A DNA stretch of 57,728 bases, counting the filler, from Thelocarpon superellum (lineage: Eukaryota): assembly GCA_026025795.1 (NCBI GenBank). It is 3 parts of 3 records of this genome, joined end to end, with 100 filler letters (N's around TTAATTAATTAA, not from the genome) between each part and the next. Parts side by side here need not be neighbours in the genome. Positions count along the whole stretch, not along the records: positions 38,617 to 57,728 come from JAPEUG010000349.1; 2 more parts are not named here. One strand, 5' to 3'. This document shows, piece by piece, positions 47,720 through 57,728 of this stretch. Every line of letters begins with the position of its first letter. The first letter of the stretch is position 1. The translations under genes were made by a program, and so were the position numbers. Below the pieces are notes generated by a model. It searched no databases, was not told the origin of the DNA, and saw only the letters and a program-made list of their open reading frames with translations.

Positions 47720-48961
47720 GATGCACTACCCAACGTCTTACAAGTCCGAACAATGACGAGACGCTTCAGGGACCCGCCTCGTTGTCGGCGATCCCCGAAT
47801 GTGGTGCAATGGGATCACTGGATTTTCTCATTGCGGCCAGTCACACCAAATCAGCTTAATTTGCCGAGTACAAAAACAAGTAAAATAATTATGTGTGACG
47901 GACTGGCTGCGCCGTCAGCGGTCGTTGGTGCTGTGGTGCTCGCTTAGCCATTCGTCTTGCCATCTGAAAGGTCTGTCCATTTGCTCTACTCCACCGTGTC
48001 CCACTAGTAATCACGGCCACGAAGTTGGCTACAAAGATTGGTAGTATGTTCCTGACCACACGTATCATAGCTTACTTTCAGACAACCTTCACCTGCTGTG
48101 CCCCGGCTGTTCTGGGCGTCGGCTGTGCTTCTCCGTCGTCTTACAAGGCGGGCAAATCCTTGGCCTACTGCGACTTCCACGGCTGCCCCGGAAAATTAAA
48201 CTGAATCGTCTTTCCTTGAGTCATTCAAGGACGCAACCCTGTCTACCAGACGAGCCACCCCACACCATGACTCCCGAGAGCGGACGAACCCCTGCTCTGC
48301 TCTTCCTTCCTCCGGCGAAGACGGCCGCTTTGAGCGTGGGTCCCGGGCATTCCAGCTCGCCTCGATGCAGTCGAATTCCGTGTGCTTAAGCGATCGCTCC
48401 AGGGTCCCAAGCTGCAAAGCATTTTGCCGAAAACATGGCTGGGGCAAGGAGACAGCTTACAACAACTGTTTACGCCCGTAAGGCCGGCCAGAGCCGAGAA
48501 TGCCGGGATCAACTCAGCCCTCTCGGCATGTCCTCCACCGCTCGTCGTAGATAGCACCGGAAGCGAGACACATGGATGGAAATGCGGACGGCTCGGGAGC
48601 TTCCTTGAAGGGGAATGTATGAAGGGGAATGTGCTTGTCGACAGCTATGCCTGATGGTGGTCGGGTTGTGAATCCGCAGATCAAAAGACGTTTCTCATCC
48701 CAGCAGCAAGTCCGAGACACGTTAGAAGACCGTCTTGAAGATGATCCTCGTCGTCCTCTACATGTGAGGCCTGAAGAAAGACATACAAAGAGGCCGATAA
48801 ATTCCACGCATGCATGGCCTCACCTTCATCACCTCAGCGTCGTTCACACCATCAATTGAGGCCTGAAAGCTCTTAATCTGCACAAAATTATTGAGAAGTG
48901 CTCAACCCTTCGTCTAAACATCGTTCTTTCGAAAATCCAAGAAATAGAAACCAAAATCATC

Positions 48962-49324
48962 ATGAAGGGAACCCTTCTCGCTGCCTGGTTGTCCCTCCTT
49001 GTCGCTGTCGCTCTGGCTACGCCCTCCCCTCCGGCGAACAGTGACAACGTAAGTTGATGCACGCTTCCCATCGACACCACCTCCACCGGTCGCTAATGGT
49101 GCGACGGTACATCATAGTCGCCAGTCCTCGATCCCAGATAATGGCTGCCCTCGACTCGTTCCACCACGCCCTCCACTTCTCCCTCCAAAGTATCTCACTC
49201 AGTGGGCGCCACGCCCCCTCCCGCATATCAACCTTATCCTCCGGTCCCTCATCCCGGCGGCCCACATCGTCCCCTCACGCCCCTTCCGCCACCCGGATGC
49301 TGTGGTGATAATATAACGAATTAG
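48962..49324 (+). pseudogene. Small secreted Pro-rich peptide precursor with an in-frame TAA (pseudogene or alternatively spliced micro-gene)
   Basis: ATCATCATG start and signal peptide MKGTLLAAWLSLLVAVALA. Intron 49049-49117 (GTAAGT, GCTAAT, TAG), then SPVLDPR-TAA(49139-49141) followed by 60 more open codons to TAG 49324. Confidence 0.6.
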
Positions 49325-50329
49325 TGGGTGGGCCATCTGCAACATTTACGGCAACATTGAAGTTGCGAGCTTCGTTGGATCTACCCGTTCGACACGGATG
49401 GACGCTGTGCGAGATCATTGGTGGCACATTCTTTTCCAAAACCCTCATCTCCAATCCAGTCGCTTCCCTCGTGAGGCTCTTCCTTCCACGGTCATTTCAG
49501 GCAACGTTTGACGTTTGAATGCCCATTCTCGACGGCTGACCATTGATGGACGAGATGCATATTCACTCAAAACAAGAGCAGCGAATTGTGTCCGTTGCCA
49601 GTCGAGGACGATCCTCTCACGGTTAATTCAGTGTCAGCGCACGATGACGCCATGGCCAGCGTCTCCTTAGGGTAGCAGTAGGTTCGGTTCGGTCGGGTTG
49701 GTCAGGCCATACTTACCTACCTACACGCGGATTGGATATGGCAGGTATTTCTAGCCTACCACACCTGTACCCCTACCAGCCCTACCTAGTTGATTGGTCC
49801 AGAGGTGCCTTAGTCTCTATCTGACTAACGTATGACATCATTAGTCTCTTCTGGGGTCAGCTTGATATTAGTCATCATTGCGGCTGCGTTCCAGCTCCCA
49901 AACAGTGGAGTCACTTGTGGGGCTTCCCTACAGCGATATCTACGGCTCCACCCTGGTTTGCTCGGTATCAATTTAGGACACGAAAACCCGCTCTCAGGGT
50001 TCAGTCTCTGGTCCAAAAATCTACCTGTAGGTATAGGGAAACCTGCAGAAAACCGTTGGTTTAGACCGTAAAAAACCGAACTTCGCGGCCACCCTACGTC
50101 TCCTGCACGAAAGCGTAAAGTCCGAGTCTAGCCGACATAAGCACGGGTATACAATCGCCCCGCATCTCCGCCGCCGCCCGTGTCGTATGGTAGCTATGTA
50201 AATCAGAGGATCTGCTGATCTTGAACCATTGTAATTGCACGTCCAACCGATCTCGAACACCCTCTGCTCCCCTCTCCGAGAGCCCGCCTTACTACCACGC
50301 TCCGCTTCGCCGCCAGCTCCAAGTCGAGA

Positions 50330-51467
50330 ATGTCTGCCCCGAAGGTTGTTGTCGTCTTTGGCGCCACCGGCGTGCAAGGGGGCTCCGTGATCACGGCCCT
50401 GCTGGCGGACGCCCGTACCGCCACGCAGTTTAAGCTCCGGGGCATCACGCGTGATCCATCCAAGCCCAATGCACAAGCACTGGCGGCCAAAGGGGTCGAA
50501 TGTGTCACGGTTGGTGCCGCGCTCCCCATGCACAGCACGTGGCTCACCTACCACCTAGGCCGACCTCGACTCCAAGGACTCCCTCCTGGCGGCCTTCAAG
50601 GATGCGTACGCAGTCTTTGCCGTGACGAACTACTGGGAGAAGATGGATGCCAAGCTGGAGGAACGGCAGGGAAGGAACGTGGCCGATGTCTGCAAGGACG
50701 CCGGGGTGCAGCACCTGATCTGGAGCAGCTTAATCAACGTGGCAGAACGTGAGTCACCCCCTCCGCAATTGGCCGCCCATTTTTACCAGATCGTGATCGT
50801 GACCGTGCTCATGCGCGTCCTTAGTGAGTAAGGGAAAGTTCTCCGAGGTCTACCACTTTGACTCCAAGGCCAATATTGAAGAGTACATCCGCTCGATCGG
50901 CATCCCTGCCACCTACGTGCTCCCGGGCTTCTACATGAGCAATTTCTCTAGCTGGTTGTATCCCAATCCGCAATCGGAGGCGCATGAGCTGGTGCTGTCG
51001 CTCCCGATGCCGCCGGACACGCCCATCCCACTGCTCGACACGGCCGGTGATATGGGCAAGTTCGTCAAGGCCGCCTTGTTGAATCGTGAAAAAACGCTGG
51101 GTAAGCAGCTCTTGGCCGCCGCGGCCTACTACACGCCAGAGCAGATTCTTAGCGAATTTGCCGCTCTCAAGCCGGTAACCGGCAAGGGTGCCCATTTCGT
51201 TCAGAACTCTCATGACGCGTTCAAATCCGTCCTGGCGAGTGCCGGCATGCCCCCCTTGGCCCAGGAAGAGCTGGCGCAGAATATGGAATTCATGCATGAC
51301 TTCGGATACTATGGCAAAGCCAGTCTTTCGGAAAGCCTCCAGGTATGTCCCGCTCCTACCGGAAAAAGCTTCAGGTCCTCACCCTGTCTGCGCAGCTGCT
51401 TGGGGAGCCGGCCACAAGCTGGACGGAATTCATGGCCAAAGATGCAGCCTACAAGCAGATGCAATAG
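50330..51467 (+). CDS. NmrA-like family NAD(P)-binding protein (HSCARG-type), 4 exons
   Basis: Exons 50330-50509, 50559-50748, 50825-51342 and 51396-51467. 'VVVFGATGVQGGSV', 'RGITRDPSKP', 'AYAVFAVTNYWE', 'VQHLIWSSL', 'HFDSKANIEEYIR' and 'PGFYMSN'. Confidence 0.93.
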
Positions 51468-53726
51468 GTCACCTTGGCAGGATGAGTGCGAGCGCAAGCA
51501 CGGCGCGAGGGCTCTCTCGATGCCGTCCTTCTCGGAACTTTTGACCGTCCAATTATGTAAAGAATGACATTCACCAAAACCCAATACAAAATACAAGTCA
51601 AGATGACCGACGTGGAGTACGAGTACCCTCAGAGACTATTCGTAGCCCCCCTGGAATCGTACGAGTACTCGTGGGTGTGCTACGGAAGGTGGTGCAAACC
51701 GCGTCCACCTATCCGGATTGTTACCTCCGGCTCTAGGGTTGCCCGCATTAGTTCCATCTCCTATCCCAGTCACTCGACAAATACCGTGAGGCGAGCTAGC
51801 TATTCACCTTATCCGGTAAGTCGCTTCGCAGCTGGGAATACGCAAGAGGCGAATTGGAAGAAGGTGGCGGGACAGGACGTTGCCTGGTGTTAAACACATC
51901 TGAGAACATTTCCCCGAGTGCACGGTCACGTGGCAGATAGGCCAAGAAATCGTCCTCTCACCGCAATGTCCAAATGAGAAAACGGAGAGTAATTGACTAA
52001 CTAGCCCATTGCGCATGCTCATTGGAGAGCGTTCCGGCCGCTAGGAGTACTCGTAGGTGACTCGTCCGTCAGCTGCTCGATCTTGCGGAGAGCTTCCAGG
52101 GGTGCTCCGAATCGCACTAGTTGTGAGATCGAACATCGTCACGGAACAGAAAACTCAGCCCTCGGGGACCGTGGTTATGAAGGCACTCAGCGAGCCTCAG
52201 CGAGCCTCAGCGACCTGGAACCTACAAGGGCCCGTGAGTACTTGTACCATCCGCAGACTCGTCGTACCGTGCTCGTTCCGTATGTGTGGCCAATATTAGC
52301 TGGAGATTCTGTGCCACCCAGCTCTCTCGTCCGGAAATGTGCACTTAACCGAAAATTAGTGCGCCCGCCCGTTTCCTCCAATAACGGTGGTGTGCCGCGG
52401 GAGCTCGGGCGAAAGGCAACGGCCAGGTAGCTCCGTAGGTCCCGGAAGACGAACCATGAACAAAATGGCCATCGTTCATGAACAAGCACGCACCCGAAGT
52501 GCCACCGACCGCCGTGGTTGGCGGCTGTCCCGTCCTTTCCTTTAGCCCAGGGCGCCACATCGCCCAGGGTCAAGGACAGTAATGTCAGAACATGACACCA
52601 CCACCCTTCAGGTCCTGTCAGCTGCCACAAGTGGAGGCTTCGGAGCCGGCGTCGATAGATCGCGCCTCCACGCAGCCCCATCCTAAACCCTAGCCGACGT
52701 TTCTAGCCGGTCCACCGCTCCCTTTACATACCTAAGCCACCCGCACCGCTCGTTGGTCAGGCGGCGACAACACGTCCCAGCATGGTCTCAAGCTTCCTCG
52801 TCTGGATGCTACACACCACTCGACGATGGTGTTCGTACCTGCATTTTTTGATCGGTGTCTATGAGCAGCAAATGACGATCATGGCGCTGCATCATCCAGC
52901 CCGCAGACCCCTTCTTCAGGCCAACTCAAGAGGCGACGATGGCGCCAAGAATAGCAACGCTTTACCTAATGCCAGCTCCAATAGCCCCTCCACGACTGCC
53001 GTGAGAGCAAAGACACATGGGTGATACAATGTCAAGCTGAGAAACCCTGTCCGTCGCGTCACGCCCTGTCCCTGCCCCCGTCCCCAGTGGGCGGCATTGG
53101 TGGCAACCCTGGTGGGGGCGGACTGTAGGGTAGTGCCGTGGTCGATCCTACGTCTCTAATCCTCGCTGCAGTAGCAGCGAACTTGGCCCCTAACCGAGAA
53201 AGTGCAATCGTCTTCTGATGAATCACACTGCGATGAGGGCAAGAGGCCCGAGTCCGACTGCAGCTTCGTACATGAGGCACCACGCACTAGGATCGATGGC
53301 GTCTTGAACGCATCGGGTTCCTGCCGTACGTGTTGGTCGTCGGTCCGAAAGATTGACGGGCATCCGATCGGCGCGGTCAGCTTAAGCTGTGACCCTTCCG
53401 CTGCCGCACTGCCGCGCCGCCAAGTGGTGGTACCGTTCCCCTACGTATGTTGCGTAATTCGAGTCCATCCCCAGATTTCTCACCGTCCCTGGTAGACATC
53501 GTTCAGGCAGCTGTCAGGTGCCTCGAATCATCATCTCCTACGCCCATGTCAACCATTGTACCATTCGTGTTGCCGGCTGTGGGACTTAACCATAAATATC
53601 CTCCATTGACTTGCGGTGCTCCCAACGCGGCGCTGGTGCCACGCTCACCGTGATCCCATCATTTCGACGGACGGTGACACGGCGGGCCTGCCCTTGCGCG
53701 TACCCATCCCAACTCCGCCTGATGCG

Positions 53727-56700
53727 ATGAGCTCAAGCGATGCCCCACCGAGTGAATCATGCCACGAGCCCTTGCCCGACTTGGACCGATCTGAGGCCGG
53801 TCCCGTTCACGACCCAGCACAGGAAGTCGAAGGCGATGCCGATGGCGACGTCTCTCAGGGCGGCCCCACCGAGCTGAATCCCAAGCCGTCGCGCAAACGG
53901 ACAAAGACAGGGTGTTTGAGTATGCCCCTCCCGAAGACCAATGCCCCGGGCTCACTGCCACGCCCCCCGCCCTCCCTAACCCTGTGCTGACCGGCTCGTA
54001 GCGTGTCGACGACGGCGGATCAAATGCGGAGAGGAACGGCCGATATGCAACAATTGCATCAAATCCAAGCGCGATTGCGAGGGCTACAGCCAACGTGTCG
54101 TGTTCAAAGACCCCGTACCCGTCCAAAGCGCGGGGTCAAATCTGCGCGAGGACTTGGTGGATCCAAGTAAGGACCCCGAGCATTATCTTCCAGGCACGGG
54201 CTTCCCGGCTTCGGACGAGCTAGGCTATGAGACAATACGGACCACGACGCAGCCTCGTCAAGCACTGCTCCCAGCTATTGCCCCACGACCCCCGAGCCAG
54301 TATTCATTCAACGGTGCTGGAGGCATGCCGACGCCCCCCAGCCCTGACGTGGAATCCTTTCTCAGATCTCGTGGAAGTCATCCGCCGACTCCCACTCGGT
54401 CAACCCACGCTCATGGCTTCACCCAGCCACTCTATCCGGTAGCCAATGTGTTCAATCGTCGTATCAACGGCGGGGTGAGCCATGCGCATGCGACCGATGA
54501 TCGACTCGACCACACCGTCCCCTCGCAAGGTCTCATCCCTCAACAGGGTGCGGATTCAATTCATCGCGCTCCACCCGCGCCGACCCGGCCGATCCCAGGT
54601 CCTTCACCGACCCAATTTCACACGTATAGCTCTCCTGCCCTCACCCATGACAGCGCCAATGGGCACTTTGTCTCGCCCGATATCGAACAAGCCTTCCAAC
54701 CACCCGCGTCAACACCGGTCGGCCAAGTCGCCGTGGCGAACCGCATTGTCGCTGGTGTCAATGGTTCGGCGAGCGCGAAGTCGTTGCAACCCTTTCCTGG
54801 AACGGCGCAGGGTGACGTGGCGGACGCCACTCTCGATCCCTACCGCACGTCTCTAGACGAAATCATGGAGATTGACACGACGCCGGATCACACAACCCAT
54901 GAAGACCCTCATCGACGGGATCGAGGCCTCATGATCGCCCTTCAAGCCAATGATGATGACCATGCCATGCGATCCTTCCGTAAGCACCTGGACGAACCGA
55001 ATCTACTCGCCACGTATCGGCCCTCCGCCACGTCCTCAGGGCTGATGGATCTTAAAACGGCACGGATCTTCCGCCACTTCGTCACTGTCACCGGCCCCAG
55101 CCTTTCCATCTTCGAACGAAGCCCGGGCAACCCTTACGGCTTGTTCTCGTCTCCGTCGTTGCCGGGATCACGGCGAAGTTTGTGGAGCTACACTTTGCCG
55201 ACCCTGGCTTTGCGTCATCCGCCCCTTCTCCATGCAATGCTGGCCGTTGCCAGTCTCCACATCGCCAAGCTCCAGGGAGATACGGTGGTGCCGTCGTTGA
55301 AACACTACCACATGGCGCTCCGGCGCGTCGCTAGATACGTCAGCCTGCCGAGCAAGCGTGTTGAGCTCGGCACATTGGCCGCGACGCAGCTCCTGGGCTT
55401 CTGGGAAGTCATGGCGGCCGAGCATATGAAATGGAACAGCCATCTGCTCGGGGCGCGACAACTTTTGGTCGAAACGGACTTTGCCGGTCTCAGCCGTCGG
55501 GTCAAGGTCAACGCGCTCTGGCGAGGCGCGGAGAAAGACATGTCCTGTGGAGAAAACTCCGCCCCGCCGCTCAGCGGCCCGATGCAGCCGCATCATGCTG
55601 TGGAGGAGGATCCGATCGCACAATTGACTGGAGGAAAGGCCCGGGATGCCATGCAGGATGACGTAGCCGAACATGCGGACAACCTTCCATGGTCCGGCTC
55701 CGCGGGTGCGCCGATGATGGAGATGGAGCGGGAGGAGTACGAAGCCCGGAGCGATCTGTTCTGGTGGTATTTGAAGCAAGATCTCTACCAGAGCATCTTG
55801 AGTGGTAATCACTTATTGCGCGTCTCCCCCTGCTCAACGCATGTGCGTATCGCTAACTGGACTTAGGCTGGCGTATGACAAGTGGAATGCATGCCCCCCA
55901 CGCGCAGGCATGGGACGTCACGACGCGCCCTACGGTACCTACGATCATCTGGTCCTGCTTCTGGGACGGGTGGCCGACTTTGCGGCGCGCGACCAAGGCC
56001 GTAAGCGCAAGGCGATGGAAGGCCGCTTTGGGCCGAGTCCGCCGGCGTCATCTCAGGCACCGCCCGCAGGTGCCCCCAGTGCCACGGCTCCACCGCCAAT
56101 GATGTATGGCATGGTACCGCCGCGTGGCCCGGCGAAGGCTCCGCGCGGCTTTGAGCAGGAGGATCAACCGTCGCCGGCGAGTAGCGCAAGCGATCAAATC
56201 GAGCTCGAGATGGCGACGGCAGAGGCGGAAGCGGAGTGGCACGAATTGGAACACGCGATGCAGCTATTCCGAGGATCCCTCGGACCACACTTCCAGCCGC
56301 TCGCGGCTGATCTGATGCAGCCCCTCTCGACCCCCTTTGGTCCGGCGGTATATTACAAGACGTCGACGATCGCGTGCCTCTGGATTACGATCTACATGGG
56401 CCTGATTGTCCTGCACCGTGCCCACCCGAGCATGCCGCCCGCGGCCATGATGGCGGCTGGCATGGCAGCGCGGACGACGGCGCCGTTCGCGACGCACGTG
56501 GGCCGCATCACGGCGGGGCTGCTGCCCACCCACGCATCATCGCAGATCAGCCCCTCGCTCGGCGGGGCGCTCATCGAATGCACGGTGCCCTTCTTCTTCG
56601 CCGGAGTGCAGCTCCAGGACCCGGCGCAGCGAGGCTGGACCACAATCAAGCTTCAAGAGATCGCGCGTCTTACGGGCTGGGAGACCTCCCTAGCTATCGC

Positions 56701-56947
56701 TGCGGGATGCGAGATAGCGTGGGAGCGCACGGGTCTGGCCGGACATGGTCCCCCATATACTCGGACCTTGGACATGCCGGGCCCGAATACGCGCGACGGC
56801 CGACGCACCATCGACGCCTCGCATCTTCCCAAGGAAAACACAGACCGTCGCTTCGTGACGGTGCAGCGGGGCACCAGAGTACACCTGGCGCTGGGTATCT
56901 TGGGCGTCGAAGAGGACCTGGAAAAGCTTGGGATCGACGAGAAGTGA
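53727..56947 (+). CDS. Zn(II)2Cys6 transcription factor with fungal-specific TF (DUF3468 / Fungal_trans_2-type) domain, about 1029 aa
   Basis: 'RKRTKTGCLT|CRRRRIKCGEERPICNNCIKSKRDCEGY' spans intron 53920-54001, followed by 'WSYTLPTLALRHPPLLHAMLAVASLH'. The second intron is probably 55818-55866 (GC-AG). Confidence 0.92.
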
Positions 56948-57125
56948 TTGGGGTTAGAGTATCCCTTCGCAGAGGCAGGGGGTGGGTCGAAGGGGGGAGG
57001 GGTTTGGACGCTTGGAGTTGGACATGTGAAGTTAGGATGGGGGGGCGAGGCGGGGTATCGGCCGATGCTCCTCTTGACGTTGCGTTGGACTCAATTCCGG
57101 GATACCCGTTGGACGGCCAGGGGCT

Positions 57126-57216
57126 GGGATGGGATGGGATGGAATGGGATGGGATGGAATGGGATGGGATGGAATGGGATGGGATGGGATGGGATGGGAT
57201 GGGATGGGACGGGATA
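57126..57216. repeat. (GGGAT/GGAAT)n pentanucleotide microsatellite, about 18 copies
   Basis: Directly visible downstream of the TF stop codon. Confidence 0.95.
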
Positions 57217-57728
57217 GACTTGGGAAGGAGGAGAAGTGGGTTGGCCATGGTGGCCAAGCGCAGGGTCACATAGCTTCTTAGATTACATTTTCTCACCATG
57301 TTGCTGTGAAAAATCAACAACAGTGATTCTCGAGCTCTCCGCAAGGTGACACGCAATCGTGTCGTAGTACGAGCGCGCCTTGCACCAACCCGAGGGCCTC
57401 AGGTTGGACGGGCGCTGGCCTCTCGGTGCTGGCTAAGCCTTGAATTCTTCAGGAGCGTGGTAAAGAGCCCAGTTAAGCGGGGTCGCGGTACCTACCGCGA
57501 TAAGAGCGCCATGACCTAAGCAAATTGATCGCTCTCAACTTTCCATCCCACAACGCCAAAAAATTGGGATCGCCCGCTTCACCGACTGAAGCCTTGCCAC
57601 CCCGAGGACAGAGCAGGATCCGGTTCTTCCACCAATTCGGGCAAGATGAAGACCGTAAGTGTTGCAGGAGCGTCTCCGCCAACATGGCTGATCATGGTGA
57701 CAATAGACCTGGAAGGACATCGTTCCGG

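Noticed and set aside
49709..49718. ATACTTACCT, matching the U1 snRNA 5' end
   Set aside because: No U1 stem-loops or Sm site follow. It could equally be a chance minus-strand donor consensus.
50330..56947. NmrA-like gene plus Zn2Cys6 TF as a secondary-metabolite cluster
   Set aside because: No backbone synthase, tailoring enzyme or transporter is visible on the contig, and the other neighbours are housekeeping genes.
56694..57356. 220-aa minus-strand ORF with (IPSHP/IPSHS)n
   Set aside because: It is a translation of the pentamer microsatellite plus antisense of the TF gene.

Overview
Intron-rich, GC-rich fungal (Pezizomycotina-like ascomycete) genomic DNA. The window is three separate contigs (1-19283, 19384-38516, 38617-57728) joined by artificial N44-TTAATTAATTAA-N44 spacers, so gene neighbourhood across the spacers means nothing. 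Contig 1 holds a DUF5102/Laa2-like gene, NSP1, INH1, 14-3-3, a SLO1/SCOC-like gene, a Git1/Munc13-like C2 protein, NDUFB8 and a truncated SWR1. Contig 2 holds a GGQ mitochondrial release-factor homologue, an orphan ORF, VPS68, a PH+LRR protein, a secreted PhiA/IgE-binding-like protein, PET127 and a truncated SUR1. Contig 3 holds DDI1, RRP8, a small secreted-peptide locus with an early stop, an NmrA-like gene and a Zn2Cys6 transcription factor. Exons were reconstructed by hand from splice signals and frame continuity. Family calls are from remembered motifs, not database searches. I see no mobile element, CRISPR array, RNA gene or clearly novel multi-gene system. The best leads are the secreted-peptide locus at 48962-49324, the orphan ORF at 21959-23344, a palindrome cluster at 20067-20267, and several splicing oddities.
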